From contig CANJVR010000001.1 of assembly GCA_947478395.1 (NCBI GenBank), positions 416,001 through 480,000 on the forward strand: a stretch of DNA of 64,000 bases, given 5' to 3'. The notes below the pieces were generated by a model that was given only the letters and a program-made list of their open reading frames with translations, ran no database searches and was not told the origin of the DNA. This document shows, piece after piece, positions 19,754-28,605 of this stretch (its first letter is position 1; each line of letters begins with the position of its first letter). The DNA is from Opitutia bacterium (lineage in GTDB: Bacteria > Verrucomicrobiota > Verrucomicrobiia > Opitutales > Opitutaceae). Both the position numbers and the translations under genes were made by a program.

Positions 19754-20659
19754 TCACAGAATCCGCGTCTCGATCACGAAACAATCGCGACCCCAGGCCT
19801 CTTTGATCGTCGCGACGATCGCCGGCGTCGGCGCTCCATCCGGCAAAAAAGCAAAACACGCGCTGCCGCTGCCGCTCATCCGCGGCGCCAAACCGAACTC
19901 ACCGCGCAACCGCTCGAGCAAAGTCGGGAGGGCGAGATATTTCGCGAATGCGACCGGCTCCATGTTATTAAACAGCAGGGTTTCGGCCGGCAGTTCGGCG
20001 TCGGCCAGCCAAGCCGAGAGCCGCGCCTCGGCTTCGGCCGCCGGCAGATAACTCGCGGGCGCCCGTTTGGCGAGTTGCGCGTAAGCCCACGGCGTCGCGA
20101 TGCCGAAATTCGGTTTGAATACCACCACCCGCCGCCCGCGCAGCCGTTTCGCCGCGGGCTCAGGCAACGGCTCAATTCGCTCGCCCCGCCCGCGCATCAA
20201 CGCAGGGCCATTTTGCAAAAATAAGGGACAATCCGATCCTAGGCCCGCGGCCATGGCCGCCATCGTCTCGGCCCGAACTGGTTCCACCCGCAACGCCGCC
20301 AGTGCCCGCAACGCCGCCACCGCGTCGCTGCTGCCGCCGCCCAGTCCCGCGCCCATCGGCACGCGTTTCTCGAGAAAAAATTTCGCGCCGGTCCGCGGTG
20401 AGTCTGTCCGCGAATCCGCTGTCGCCGCCACAAACGCGGCCGCCGCTTTCAAGACGAGATTGCCCGCATCCACCGGCACTGCCGGATCATCACATGAGAG
20501 TGTGAACTGACCTGCCGCCGCCGTCTCAACCTGGAGCATGTCGCCAAAGGCCAGCGGCGCCGCCACCGACACAAGATCGTGAAATCCATCTCCGCGTCGG
20601 CCGGTGATCGCGAGAAACAGGTTTAGTTTAGCGGGGGCAAAAATCGAAAACGCACTCAC
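19754..20659 (-). CDS. ispE: 4-diphosphocytidyl-2-C-methyl-D-erythritol kinase
   Basis: APAKLNLFL, KRVPMGAGLGGGSSDA, LGSDCP, MSGSGSA. Confidence 0.95.
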   Translation of the reverse strand: MSAFSIFAPAKLNLFLAITGRRGDGFHDLVSVAAPLAFGDMLQVETAAAGQFTLSCDDPAVPVDAGNLVLKAAAAFVAATADSRTDSPRTGAKFFLEKRVPMGAGLGGGSSDAVAALRALAALRVEPVRAETMAAMAAGLGSDCPLFLQNGPALMRGRGERIEPLPEPAAKRLRGRRVVVFKPNFGIATPWAYAQLAKRAPASYLPAAEAEARLSAWLADAELPAETLLFNNMEPVAFAKYLALPTLLERLRGEFGLAPRMSGSGSACFAFLPDGAPTPAIVATIKEAWGRDCFVIETRIL

Positions 20660-20765
20660 TGGCAGAGTGATCGCCGATTAACGGCGCCGCCTCCAGCCGG
20701 ATTTTGCTTTTTGAAGCGGGGGCTTGAAAACACTTCCCGGTGTCCACTGCCTCTGTGGTTTCACC

Positions 20766-21455
20766 ATGCCCTGCGATCTCATCCTCGTTCTCGACGCCCA
20801 ATCGCCCCGCGAAGTCACCCCTGCCCTGCGCCAGCTCCAAGGCACCGTGCGGTGGGTAAAAGTCGGGCTCGAGATGTTCACCGCCTGCGGACCCGACTGC
20901 GTGCGCGAAATCGCCGGGCTGGGTTTCAACGTGTTTCTCGACCTCAAGCTGCACGACATACCCAATACCGTCGCCAAGGCCGTCGAATCCGTGGCGAAAC
21001 TCCCCATCGGCATGCTCACCCTGCATACCTCCGGCGGACGTGAAATGATGCAATGGGCCGTAAAAGCCCAGCAACAGCACGCACCGCAGTTGCTACTGCT
21101 GGGCGTGACGGTGCTCACGTCGACGAGCGCCGCGGGCCTCGCTGAAACCGGCGTACCCGATTCGCCCGAGCAACAAGTCGTGCGCCTCGGCCGGCTCGCC
21201 ATCGACGCCGGACTGCGCGGACTGGTTTGCTCGCCCCTTGAAATCAAACCGCTCCGCCACGTTTTGCCCGCCGACGTTGCTCTCGTCACGCCTGGGATTC
21301 GTCCGCGCGACGCCAAGGCCGACGATCAAACGCGCGTGATGACTCCCGCCGACGCCGCGCAAGCCGGTGCCAGTTACCTCGTAGTCGGTCGCCCGATTTT
21401 TAAAGCGCCAGATCCGGTCGCGGCGGCCCGCGCGATCCTAGCCGAGATAGCGTAG
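20766..21455 (+). CDS. pyrF: Orotidine-5'-phosphate decarboxylase
   Basis: KVGLE, FLDLKLHDIPNTV, VTPGIRP, DDQ.R, VVGRPI. Confidence 0.96.
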   Translation: MPCDLILVLDAQSPREVTPALRQLQGTVRWVKVGLEMFTACGPDCVREIAGLGFNVFLDLKLHDIPNTVAKAVESVAKLPIGMLTLHTSGGREMMQWAVKAQQQHAPQLLLLGVTVLTSTSAAGLAETGVPDSPEQQVVRLGRLAIDAGLRGLVCSPLEIKPLRHVLPADVALVTPGIRPRDAKADDQTRVMTPADAAQAGASYLVVGRPIFKAPDPVAAARAILAEIA

Positions 21456-21459
21456 ACGG

Positions 21460-21605
21460 CAGATATTCGATTTCAGAGGCCTGATGCCAGCCTGGGAACC
21501 TCCTGTTCCCTCCGCGGTAAATTCCATCGTCAACCTGTTCTTCCCTAACTTCCGAATTCTGACATCTGTCCTCTGGCCTCTGGCTTCTAATCTTTTGCCC
21601 TGATC
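21460..21605. repeat. Heptamer-unit imperfect inverted-repeat element
   Basis: CAGAGGCCTGATGCCAG pairs with CTGACATCTGTCCTCTG; the 3' arm reads TTCTGAC ATCTGTC CTCTGGC CTCTGGC TTCTAAT. Confidence 0.6.
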
Positions 21606-21615
21606 TTTTTAAAAA

Positions 21616-22356
21616 ATGTCCCGTACCGCCGCCATTCTCCTCGCTGCCGGCAGCGGCACCCGCATGGGCGGGGCCGTCACCGACAAAGTGCTTGCTCTCC
21701 TCGCCGGCCGGCCCGTCTTCGCGCACTCCGCAGCCGCGTTCGCCGCAAGCGGCATCGCGGATCTCTATGTCATCGTCTACCGCGACCAGCGCCAAATGCT
21801 CACGCTCGCGGCGCTCGCCCCCACGCCGAGTTTGCTGATCGCCGGAGGTGCCGAGCGCCAGGACTCGGTCGCCGCGGCGCTCGCGGCGCTGCCGCCCGAC
21901 ATCGCCCACGTCTTCATTCACGATTGCGCCCGACCGCTGGTCCGAGCCGAACAACTCGTAGCCTTGCACAAAATCGTCCGCCGCGAACACGCCGTCGTCC
22001 TTGCCCATCGCGTGACTGATACGATAAAAAAGCACCGTAGCGGCGGTCGTTTGCGCACGCTCGATCGCGACCGGCTTTGGGCGATGGAGACGCCCCAGGT
22101 TTTTGCCCGTGAGCTCATTTGCGCAGCTTATGCGCGTGTCGCGAAAAAAAAGCTCCGCATCACCGACGACGCGCAGGCCGTCGAGGCCCTCGATCATCCG
22201 ATCGCGCTCCTCGAAAATCCCTATCCCAACCCCAAACTGACCACCTCGGGCGATCTCAAGTACCTGGAGTTTCTGCTTTCGCACGAAGGAGAGGAAAATT
22301 CCAAACGCCAAAATTCAGGCGCCAAAGAAACGCCCACCAGCCAATCCGAAAGATGA
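21616..22356 (+). CDS. ispD: 2-C-methyl-D-erythritol 4-phosphate cytidylyltransferase
   Basis: LAAGSGTRMG, GGAERQDSV, IHDCARP, ETPQVF, TDDA, NPKLTT..DL. Confidence 0.95.
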   Translation: MSRTAAILLAAGSGTRMGGAVTDKVLALLAGRPVFAHSAAAFAASGIADLYVIVYRDQRQMLTLAALAPTPSLLIAGGAERQDSVAAALAALPPDIAHVFIHDCARPLVRAEQLVALHKIVRREHAVVLAHRVTDTIKKHRSGGRLRTLDRDRLWAMETPQVFARELICAAYARVAKKKLRITDDAQAVEALDHPIALLENPYPNPKLTTSGDLKYLEFLLSHEGEENSKRQNSGAKETPTSQSER

Positions 22357-22408
22357 TTTTGCCCGTGGATTTTTTTGGCGTTTAGCCGGTTGGCGTTTGA
22401 ACCTTTTC
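22294..22408. repeat. Heptamer-unit inverted-repeat element at the ispD/ispF junction
   Basis: GAAAATTCCAAACGCCAA pairs with TTGGCGTTTGAACCTTTTC; ends 2 nt before the ispF ATG. Confidence 0.65.
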
Positions 22409-22410
22409 CC

Positions 22411-22899
22411 ATGAACCTCCGCATCGGCCACGGCTACGACATCCACCGCGTCGTAGCCGGCCGTCCACTCATCCTCGGCGGCGTGCGTTTTGACACCGAC
22501 TACGGCCTCGACGGACACAGCGATGCCGACTGCCTCACCCACGCGATTTGCGACGCGCTCCTCGGTGCGGCGGGGCTGCCGGACATCGGCCATTTTTTTC
22601 CCAACACCGATCCGGCTTATAAAAACATCGACTCCCAGCGCCTGCTTGAACGCGTCTGCCACGAACTCTCCACGCGCGGCTTCGCCATCGCCAACCTCGA
22701 CGCCACGGTGGTCGCCGAGAAGCCGAAAATTTTTCCCCGCCTCGCCGAGATGAAAGCCGCGCTCGCCAAATCCACGCATCTGCCGGTCGCGAACATCGGA
22801 CTCAAAGCCACGACCAACGAGGGCATCGACGACATCGGCCGCGGCCTCGCCATCGCCGCCCACGCCGTCGCCCTGATCGCGAAAAATGAGGCCCGCTAA
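22411..22899 (+). CDS. ispF: 2-C-methyl-D-erythritol 2,4-cyclodiphosphate synthase
   Basis: RIGHGYDIH, GHSDAD.L.HA..DALLGA, DIG..FP, KATTNE. Confidence 0.96.
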   Translation: MNLRIGHGYDIHRVVAGRPLILGGVRFDTDYGLDGHSDADCLTHAICDALLGAAGLPDIGHFFPNTDPAYKNIDSQRLLERVCHELSTRGFAIANLDATVVAEKPKIFPRLAEMKAALAKSTHLPVANIGLKATTNEGIDDIGRGLAIAAHAVALIAKNEAR

Positions 22900-22936
22900 A
22901 TCCGCGAAAGTTCGCGCAAGAAAATCCGCGCCTCTC

Positions 22937-24574
22937 ATGTCAGTTTTTCTTTCGCGCCCTTTCGCCCTTTTAGCGGGCCTCTCCCTTCTTTTTCTCATCA
23001 GCGGCTGCGCCCGGCGCGAAACGGCCGTCGAGTCCGGCGGGCGCACCCAAACGCTCCATCGCGGCATCGGCGCGGAAATCGGCGACCTCGATCCTCACCT
23101 CGTCACCAACATCGCCGAGATGGATATCGTCTCCGCGCTCTTCGAGGGTCTCGTCACCGAAGACCCCGTCGACCTGCATCCTGTCGCCGGAGTGGCCGAG
23201 CGCTGGGAAATTTCCTCCGATCAGCTGACCTATACGTTTCACCTCCGCGCCAACGCCCGCTGGTCAGACGGCACGCCGGTGACGTCCAACGATTTCGCCG
23301 CCGCGTGGCGCCGTATGCTCACGCCGTCGCTCGCCGCGGAAAACGCCAGCCTGCTCCACGTGATCCAAGGCGCCGAAGCCTATCATCGCGGCGTCACGTT
23401 GGACTTCACTCAAGTCGGCGTCGCGGCGATCGACCCTCGGACGCTGCGCGTCACGCTCGAGCACGCCACCCCCTATTTTCTCTCGCTGCTCACCCACCCG
23501 GCCTGGCTGCCGCTAAATATGCGGAGCATCACGGCCCATGGTTCGCCGACGGCACGGGGCAACGCGTGGGCCCGGCCCGGTCGCTTGATTGGCAATGGCG
23601 CATTCGTCCTGAAATCGTGGGAGCCGAACCAAGTCCTCGTGGTGGAGAAATCGCCGACGTATTGGGACGCCGCGACCGTGCGGCTGCAGGCGATTCATTT
23701 TTACCCGATCGACAGCATCGACGCCGAGGAACGGACCTTTCGAGCCGGCCAGCTGCACCTCACCTACGTCCTGCCGCACTCGAAAATCGAACGCTACCGC
23801 CGCGACGCTCCGCAATTTCTGCGGACGGACCCTTACCTCCACACGTATTTTTTGCGGCTAAACGTCCTGCGTCCGCCGCTCGCCGACCAACGCGTTCGTC
23901 GCGCCCTTGCACTCACCGTGGACCGGGCCGCCATCGTCGGAAAGATTCTCCACGGCGGTCAGCTCGCCGCGACGCGGATCACGCCGCCGAATCTTCCGGG
24001 TTACACGCCGACAGCCGGTACAAGCCCGTCGTTCGAAGCGGCGGCAGACGAAGGCCGTGCGCTGCTCGCCGCCGCCGGCTATCCTGGTGGCAAAGGGCTG
24101 CCTGCGCTCGAGCTGCTCCACAACACGTCCGAAAATCACCGCTTACTGGCCGAGGCGCTGCAGGAAATGTGGCGGCGCGAACTCGGCCTTGACGTAAAGC
24201 TAGTGAATCAGGAATTCAAAGTGACGCTCGCAGAACGCAGCGCCGGCCGTTATCAAATTCTGCTTTCCGATTGGGTCGGCGATTATCTCGACGCGACGAC
24301 GTTTCTGGATCTCTGGAGCAGCGGCAGCGGCAACAATCACACGGGCTGGAGCAGCGCCGACTACGATGCCCGGCTTTTCGCCGCCGCGCGCCAGCCCGAT
24401 GCGACCGCGCGGGCCGCTCAACTCCAGCAAGCTGAGACCCTGATGCTCACGGCCGCGCCAATCGCACCGCTCTACTACAACACGCACGTGTTCCTCCTGC
24501 ACCCGAGCGTGCACGGGTGGAATCCGACGCTGCTCGACCACCATCCCTACAAGCACGTCTGGCTGGAAAACTAG
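22937..24574 (+). CDS. Peptide ABC transporter substrate-binding lipoprotein (OppA-like, copy 1)
   Basis: Lipobox LISGC, LDP, LFEGLV, AERWEIS.D.LTYTFHLR..ARWSDG, W.GDY.D. Confidence 0.9.
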   Translation: MSVFLSRPFALLAGLSLLFLISGCARRETAVESGGRTQTLHRGIGAEIGDLDPHLVTNIAEMDIVSALFEGLVTEDPVDLHPVAGVAERWEISSDQLTYTFHLRANARWSDGTPVTSNDFAAAWRRMLTPSLAAENASLLHVIQGAEAYHRGVTLDFTQVGVAAIDPRTLRVTLEHATPYFLSLLTHPAWLPLNMRSITAHGSPTARGNAWARPGRLIGNGAFVLKSWEPNQVLVVEKSPTYWDAATVRLQAIHFYPIDSIDAEERTFRAGQLHLTYVLPHSKIERYRRDAPQFLRTDPYLHTYFLRLNVLRPPLADQRVRRALALTVDRAAIVGKILHGGQLAATRITPPNLPGYTPTAGTSPSFEAAADEGRALLAAAGYPGGKGLPALELLHNTSENHRLLAEALQEMWRRELGLDVKLVNQEFKVTLAERSAGRYQILLSDWVGDYLDATTFLDLWSSGSGNNHTGWSSADYDARLFAAARQPDATARAAQLQQAETLMLTAAPIAPLYYNTHVFLLHPSVHGWNPTLLDHHPYKHVWLEN

Positions 24575-24607
24575 CGCGATTTAACCAAAAGCGTGCCCGC
24601 TAACGAC

Positions 24608-24677
24608 GTAGCAGCAGGCGTCGCTGCCGGCCGAAACGAGAGCGCCGAACCCGGCAGCCAGGGACGCCTGCCGCTAC
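24608..24677. repeat. GTAG-type REP-like inverted repeat
   Basis: GTAGCAGCAGGCGTC pairs with GACGCCTGCCGCTAC (14 of 15 positions). Confidence 0.7.
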
Positions 24678-24854
24678 AAGGACGTGCTTTCAGTTTAACG
24701 GCAGCCGTGAGGCTTTCACCGGTCTCTTCCAAAGCGCTCACGCGTTCCGCTACTCGGAAAGGAGGATTCGCGGCTTTTTAGACGCCCGCTCAAACGCCTT
24801 GCCGAAAGAAGGCCGCTGCCGAATTGACGGCATCCCGCGTGAGAGCAATCTGCC

Positions 24855-25118
24855 GTGATAACACGCATTAAAATGCAACTGCCCGACGACGTTTACGCCC
24901 GCGCCCGCAAGGGGTGGGAGCGCCTTGAAAAATCCTTCGCCGAACTCTGCCGCCGCGGTCTCGAATACATCCTCAATGTTTACGCGCTGGAAACGGACCC
25001 GACCAGCCATTGGCAGCCCCGCCAGCCCGGTCGTCTCGGTTGGAAAAACCCAAACAAGGTAGAAATTAAAAAAACCTGGACCGCTCGCCTCACATCAAGG
25101 ACCTCGAGCCCGAGTTAA
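24855..25118 (+). pseudogene. Orphan or decayed ribbon-helix-helix antitoxin-like gene
   Basis: 'TRIKMQLPDDVYARAR.....EKSFAELCRRGLE' resembles CopG/VapB-type RHH antitoxins; no toxin ORF follows. Confidence 0.55.
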
Positions 25119-25157
25119 AGAAGCCCCACCCTGAGGGCGCCAAATCCCATCCCTAGC

Positions 25158-26762
25158 ATGAACGCGCGCACGCTCCGTTTTCTTTGCACCTGCTCGTGCC
25201 TCTTCGCGGCCCTGTTCGCGGGCTGCACCCGCGCCGCGTCCCTCTCCGCGCCAGTCCAGGTGCTCCGCGTCAGCCAGCGCAACGAGCCCGCCGATCTGGA
25301 TCCCGCCACCGCGACGCTCCCCGACGAGTTCTTCATTATCCGCGCGCTGAGCGAGGGTCTAGTCGTGCCCGAATCCACCGCACCCGGCGGCGTGCGAGCC
25401 GCCACCGCCAGCCGTTGGGAAATTTCCGCCGACGGCCTGAGCGTCACGTTTCACCTCCGCGCCAATGCGCGCTGGTCCAATCGCGAACCGGTCACGTCCG
25501 CTGACTTCATCGCTTCCTATCGGCGTCTGCTCACCCCGGCGACCGCCGCGCCGAAAGCCGAACTTTTCTTTGCGGTAAAAAACGCCCGGGCTTTCGTCGC
25601 CGGTAAGCTCACGGATTTTTCCACCGTGGGCTTTGCGGCGCCCGATCCGCTCACGCTCGTCGTCACCTTGGAGAGGCCCACGCCCGACCTACTGCTGTTC
25701 GTCGCCAGCGGTCCATGGATTCCCGTTCACCCCGCGACCGTGGCTGCGCATGGTCGCGACTGGACCAAGCCCGGACACTTTGTGGGCAACGGGCCGTTCA
25801 CACTCGGCGAATGGCGTTCGCAACAGCGTATCGTCGTTAAAAAAAATCCCGCGTATCACTCCGCCGCGGCCACGCGAATCGACGAAATCCAATTCCTCCG
25901 CTACGACAGCGCCGATACGGAGGAGCGGGCCTACCGCGCCGGGCAGTTGGATGTGACGATGGATGTGCCGAAGACCAAAATCGAAACGTACGCCGTGGAA
26001 CGTCCCGCGGAGTTGCACCGCGCAGCACTCGCGGAAACGCGTTTCCTATCCTTCAACCTCCAGCGCCCGCCGCTCACCGACGAGCGGGTCCGCCGCGCCC
26101 TCGCCCTCGCCATTGATCGTGACAAAATCGTCGACCGCGTTTTGCGCGGCGGACAGGAGCCTGCGATCCGTTTTGTCCCGACGGTCCTGCGGCCCGAATC
26201 CAAGAACACGGCCATCGACGGCGAATTTCGCCACGATCCCGCCGAGGCGCGCCGCCTGCTTGCCGCGGCCGGCTTTCCCGAGGGCCGAAATTTTCCGCGC
26301 CTCGAACTGGCGGGCTGGTCCAACAATCCGGTGCTGGAAGCCATCCAAGCCATGTGGCGACAGGAGCTCGGCATCGAGGTCGCGCTCACGGTCCGCGAAG
26401 CGAAGGTCCATCTCGCGGCGTTACACGCCGGCACCTACGATATCGCCTTCGCGACCACGCTGCTCGATCTCGCCGAACGCGCGCACGCGCTCGAAGAATT
26501 CTCCACCGGCGCCGTGAACAATTTTCCCCATTGGTCGTCGCCGGAATTCGACGCCGCGCTGCAAGTCGCCAACGCCGAACGCGACGCCGGCCGTCGTGCG
26601 CTAAGCCTCGACCACGCCGAAACGCTTTTGCTCCGCGCCGCACCGCTCGCTCCGGTTTATTTCAACACCCGGAACTGGCTCATGGCCCCACGCGTCCGTG
26701 GCTGGCACGAAGATGCGCTGTGGACCCGCTCTTATCAGGCCATCTATCTCGATGAAAAATAA
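25158..26762 (+). CDS. Peptide ABC transporter substrate-binding lipoprotein (OppA-like, copy 2)
   Basis: Lipobox FAGC, EPADLDP, WEISADG..TFHLR..ARWSN, VRRALALAIDR. Confidence 0.9.
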   Translation: MNARTLRFLCTCSCLFAALFAGCTRAASLSAPVQVLRVSQRNEPADLDPATATLPDEFFIIRALSEGLVVPESTAPGGVRAATASRWEISADGLSVTFHLRANARWSNREPVTSADFIASYRRLLTPATAAPKAELFFAVKNARAFVAGKLTDFSTVGFAAPDPLTLVVTLERPTPDLLLFVASGPWIPVHPATVAAHGRDWTKPGHFVGNGPFTLGEWRSQQRIVVKKNPAYHSAAATRIDEIQFLRYDSADTEERAYRAGQLDVTMDVPKTKIETYAVERPAELHRAALAETRFLSFNLQRPPLTDERVRRALALAIDRDKIVDRVLRGGQEPAIRFVPTVLRPESKNTAIDGEFRHDPAEARRLLAAAGFPEGRNFPRLELAGWSNNPVLEAIQAMWRQELGIEVALTVREAKVHLAALHAGTYDIAFATTLLDLAERAHALEEFSTGAVNNFPHWSSPEFDAALQVANAERDAGRRALSLDHAETLLLRAAPLAPVYFNTRNWLMAPRVRGWHEDALWTRSYQAIYLDEK

Positions 26763-28410
26763 ACTACGGCTGTCTTGGCTCACTCTGGTCGGAACCGCGG
26801 CGCTCTTCGGCGCCGAAACGCGGCCGGCGATTTCCGCGGCCAGCATTCTCGCGCGCACGCGCATTCTAGCGTCCGACGAATTCGAGGGCCGCGCGCCTGG
26901 CTCGCCCGGCGAGGAAAAGACGGTCACCTATCTGACCGACGAATTCAAAAAAATGGGCCTTCAGCCCGGCAATCCCAACGGCGCGTTTGTGCAAAAGGTC
27001 GCGCTCGTCGGCATTACGTCGAAGCCCACGCTGTCGTTCGCGGCGGGTGGCCAAACGCTCGCCCTGGAATTCATCAACGATTTTGTGGGCTCGACCAGCC
27101 GCGTGCAGGCCCACGTCGAGGCGAAAGGCAGCGACGTCGTTTTTGTTGGATACGGCATCGTTGCGCCGGAATTCGGTTGGGACGATTTCAAAGACGTCGA
27201 CGTGCGCGGCAAGACCGTGGTCATGTTGATCAACGATCCGCCCGTGACCGATCCGAAAACCGGTGCCCTCGACCCGAAAATTTTCGGCGGCCTGGCCATG
27301 ACCTACTACGGCCGCTGGACCTACAAATACGAGATCGCCGCGGAAAAAGGCGCCGCCGCCTGCCTCATTGTCCACGAGACCGGGCCAGCCGCGTATCCGT
27401 TCGGCGTCGTCGTCACGAGCCGCAGCCGTGAAAATTTCGAAATCCGCTCGCCCGATGGCAACGCGGGGCACGTCGCCATGGAAGGCTGGCTCACGCTCGA
27501 TGCAGCGAAAAAATTGTTTGCCGCCTCGGGCCACGATTTCGACGCGTTGAAGCAGAGCGCCGTCTCCCGTGAATTTCGCCCCGTGGCGCTGGGCGCGCAG
27601 GCGGCGTTCACCGTCGACAGCACGCTGCGCAACGTCGATTCGCAGAACGTCGCCGCCTTGCTCCCAGGCTCCGATCCGAAGCGACGCCAGGAGTACGTGG
27701 TGTATAACGCCCACTGGGATCACCTCGGCCGCGATGACCGGTTGAAGGGCGACCAGATTTACAACGGTGCCGCCGACAACGCCGCCGGCACCGCGGTGCT
27801 GCTCGAGCTCGCGCAGGCGTTCAAAGCCCTGCCCGCCGGGCAGCAACCGGCGCGCAGCATTTTATTTCTTTCCGTCACGGCCGAGGAAAAAGGGCTCCTC
27901 GGCTCGCGCTATTACGCGCAGAATCCGCTCTACCCGCTCACGCAGACGCTCGCGGTCATCAACATGGATGGCGCGAATCAATTCGGCCCGACTAGCGACC
28001 TGACGACCGTGGGCTACGGCGCCTCGACCATCGACGATATCGGCACCGCCATCGCGAGATCGCAGGGGCGCGAAATGAAACCCGATCCTCATCCCGAGCG
28101 CGGCTCCTACTACCGGAGCGATCATTTCGAATTCGCGAAGGTCGGCGTGCCCGGCTACTACTCGAAATCAGGCAACGTTTTCATCGGCCAGTCGGCCGCG
28201 TACGGCGAGAACCTCGTCAACGACTACATCGCGCACGATTATCACCAAGTGAGCGACGAAGTGAAATCCGGCTGGACCTTTGAGGGCGCCGCGCAGGACA
28301 CGAAATTCCTGATGCTCGTGGGTCTGCACGTCGCCAACGACGACGCCTGGCCTGAGTGGAAACCCGGCAACGAGTTCAAGGCCCGCCGCGATGCGATGCT
28401 GAAACGGTGA
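26752..28410 (+). CDS. M28-family metallopeptidase with PA domain
   Basis: Signal peptide; LASDEFEGR.PG, AHWDHLG, NGAADNAAG, AEEKGLLGS, NMDG, RSDHF. Confidence 0.92.
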   Translation: MKNKLRLSWLTLVGTAALFGAETRPAISAASILARTRILASDEFEGRAPGSPGEEKTVTYLTDEFKKMGLQPGNPNGAFVQKVALVGITSKPTLSFAAGGQTLALEFINDFVGSTSRVQAHVEAKGSDVVFVGYGIVAPEFGWDDFKDVDVRGKTVVMLINDPPVTDPKTGALDPKIFGGLAMTYYGRWTYKYEIAAEKGAAACLIVHETGPAAYPFGVVVTSRSRENFEIRSPDGNAGHVAMEGWLTLDAAKKLFAASGHDFDALKQSAVSREFRPVALGAQAAFTVDSTLRNVDSQNVAALLPGSDPKRRQEYVVYNAHWDHLGRDDRLKGDQIYNGAADNAAGTAVLLELAQAFKALPAGQQPARSILFLSVTAEEKGLLGSRYYAQNPLYPLTQTLAVINMDGANQFGPTSDLTTVGYGASTIDDIGTAIARSQGREMKPDPHPERGSYYRSDHFEFAKVGVPGYYSKSGNVFIGQSAAYGENLVNDYIAHDYHQVSDEVKSGWTFEGAAQDTKFLMLVGLHVANDDAWPEWKPGNEFKARRDAMLKR

Positions 28411-28430
28411 TGCGGCGCCTTTAACACGAA

Positions 28431-28521
28431 GGCCGGGCCGGTTATCCCGAACCCCACGGCGCGACTCGGCTCACCAACTGAGCAATGCCGAACCGGCGGG
28501 TTGGGTATAACGCGCCCCACC
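28431..28521. repeat. REP-like inverted repeat
   Basis: GGGCCGGTTATCCCGAACCC pairs with GGGTTGGGTATAACGCGCCC; resembles the 6470 element. Confidence 0.55.
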
Positions 28522-28605
28522 CTCGCATCGCCCGTTAAAGCCCAGCGCTCCGCCCGTCGTGCCGTACCGCTTGCACCGGGCCCGGCAGTTGCTTTGCTTT
28601 CGCGC

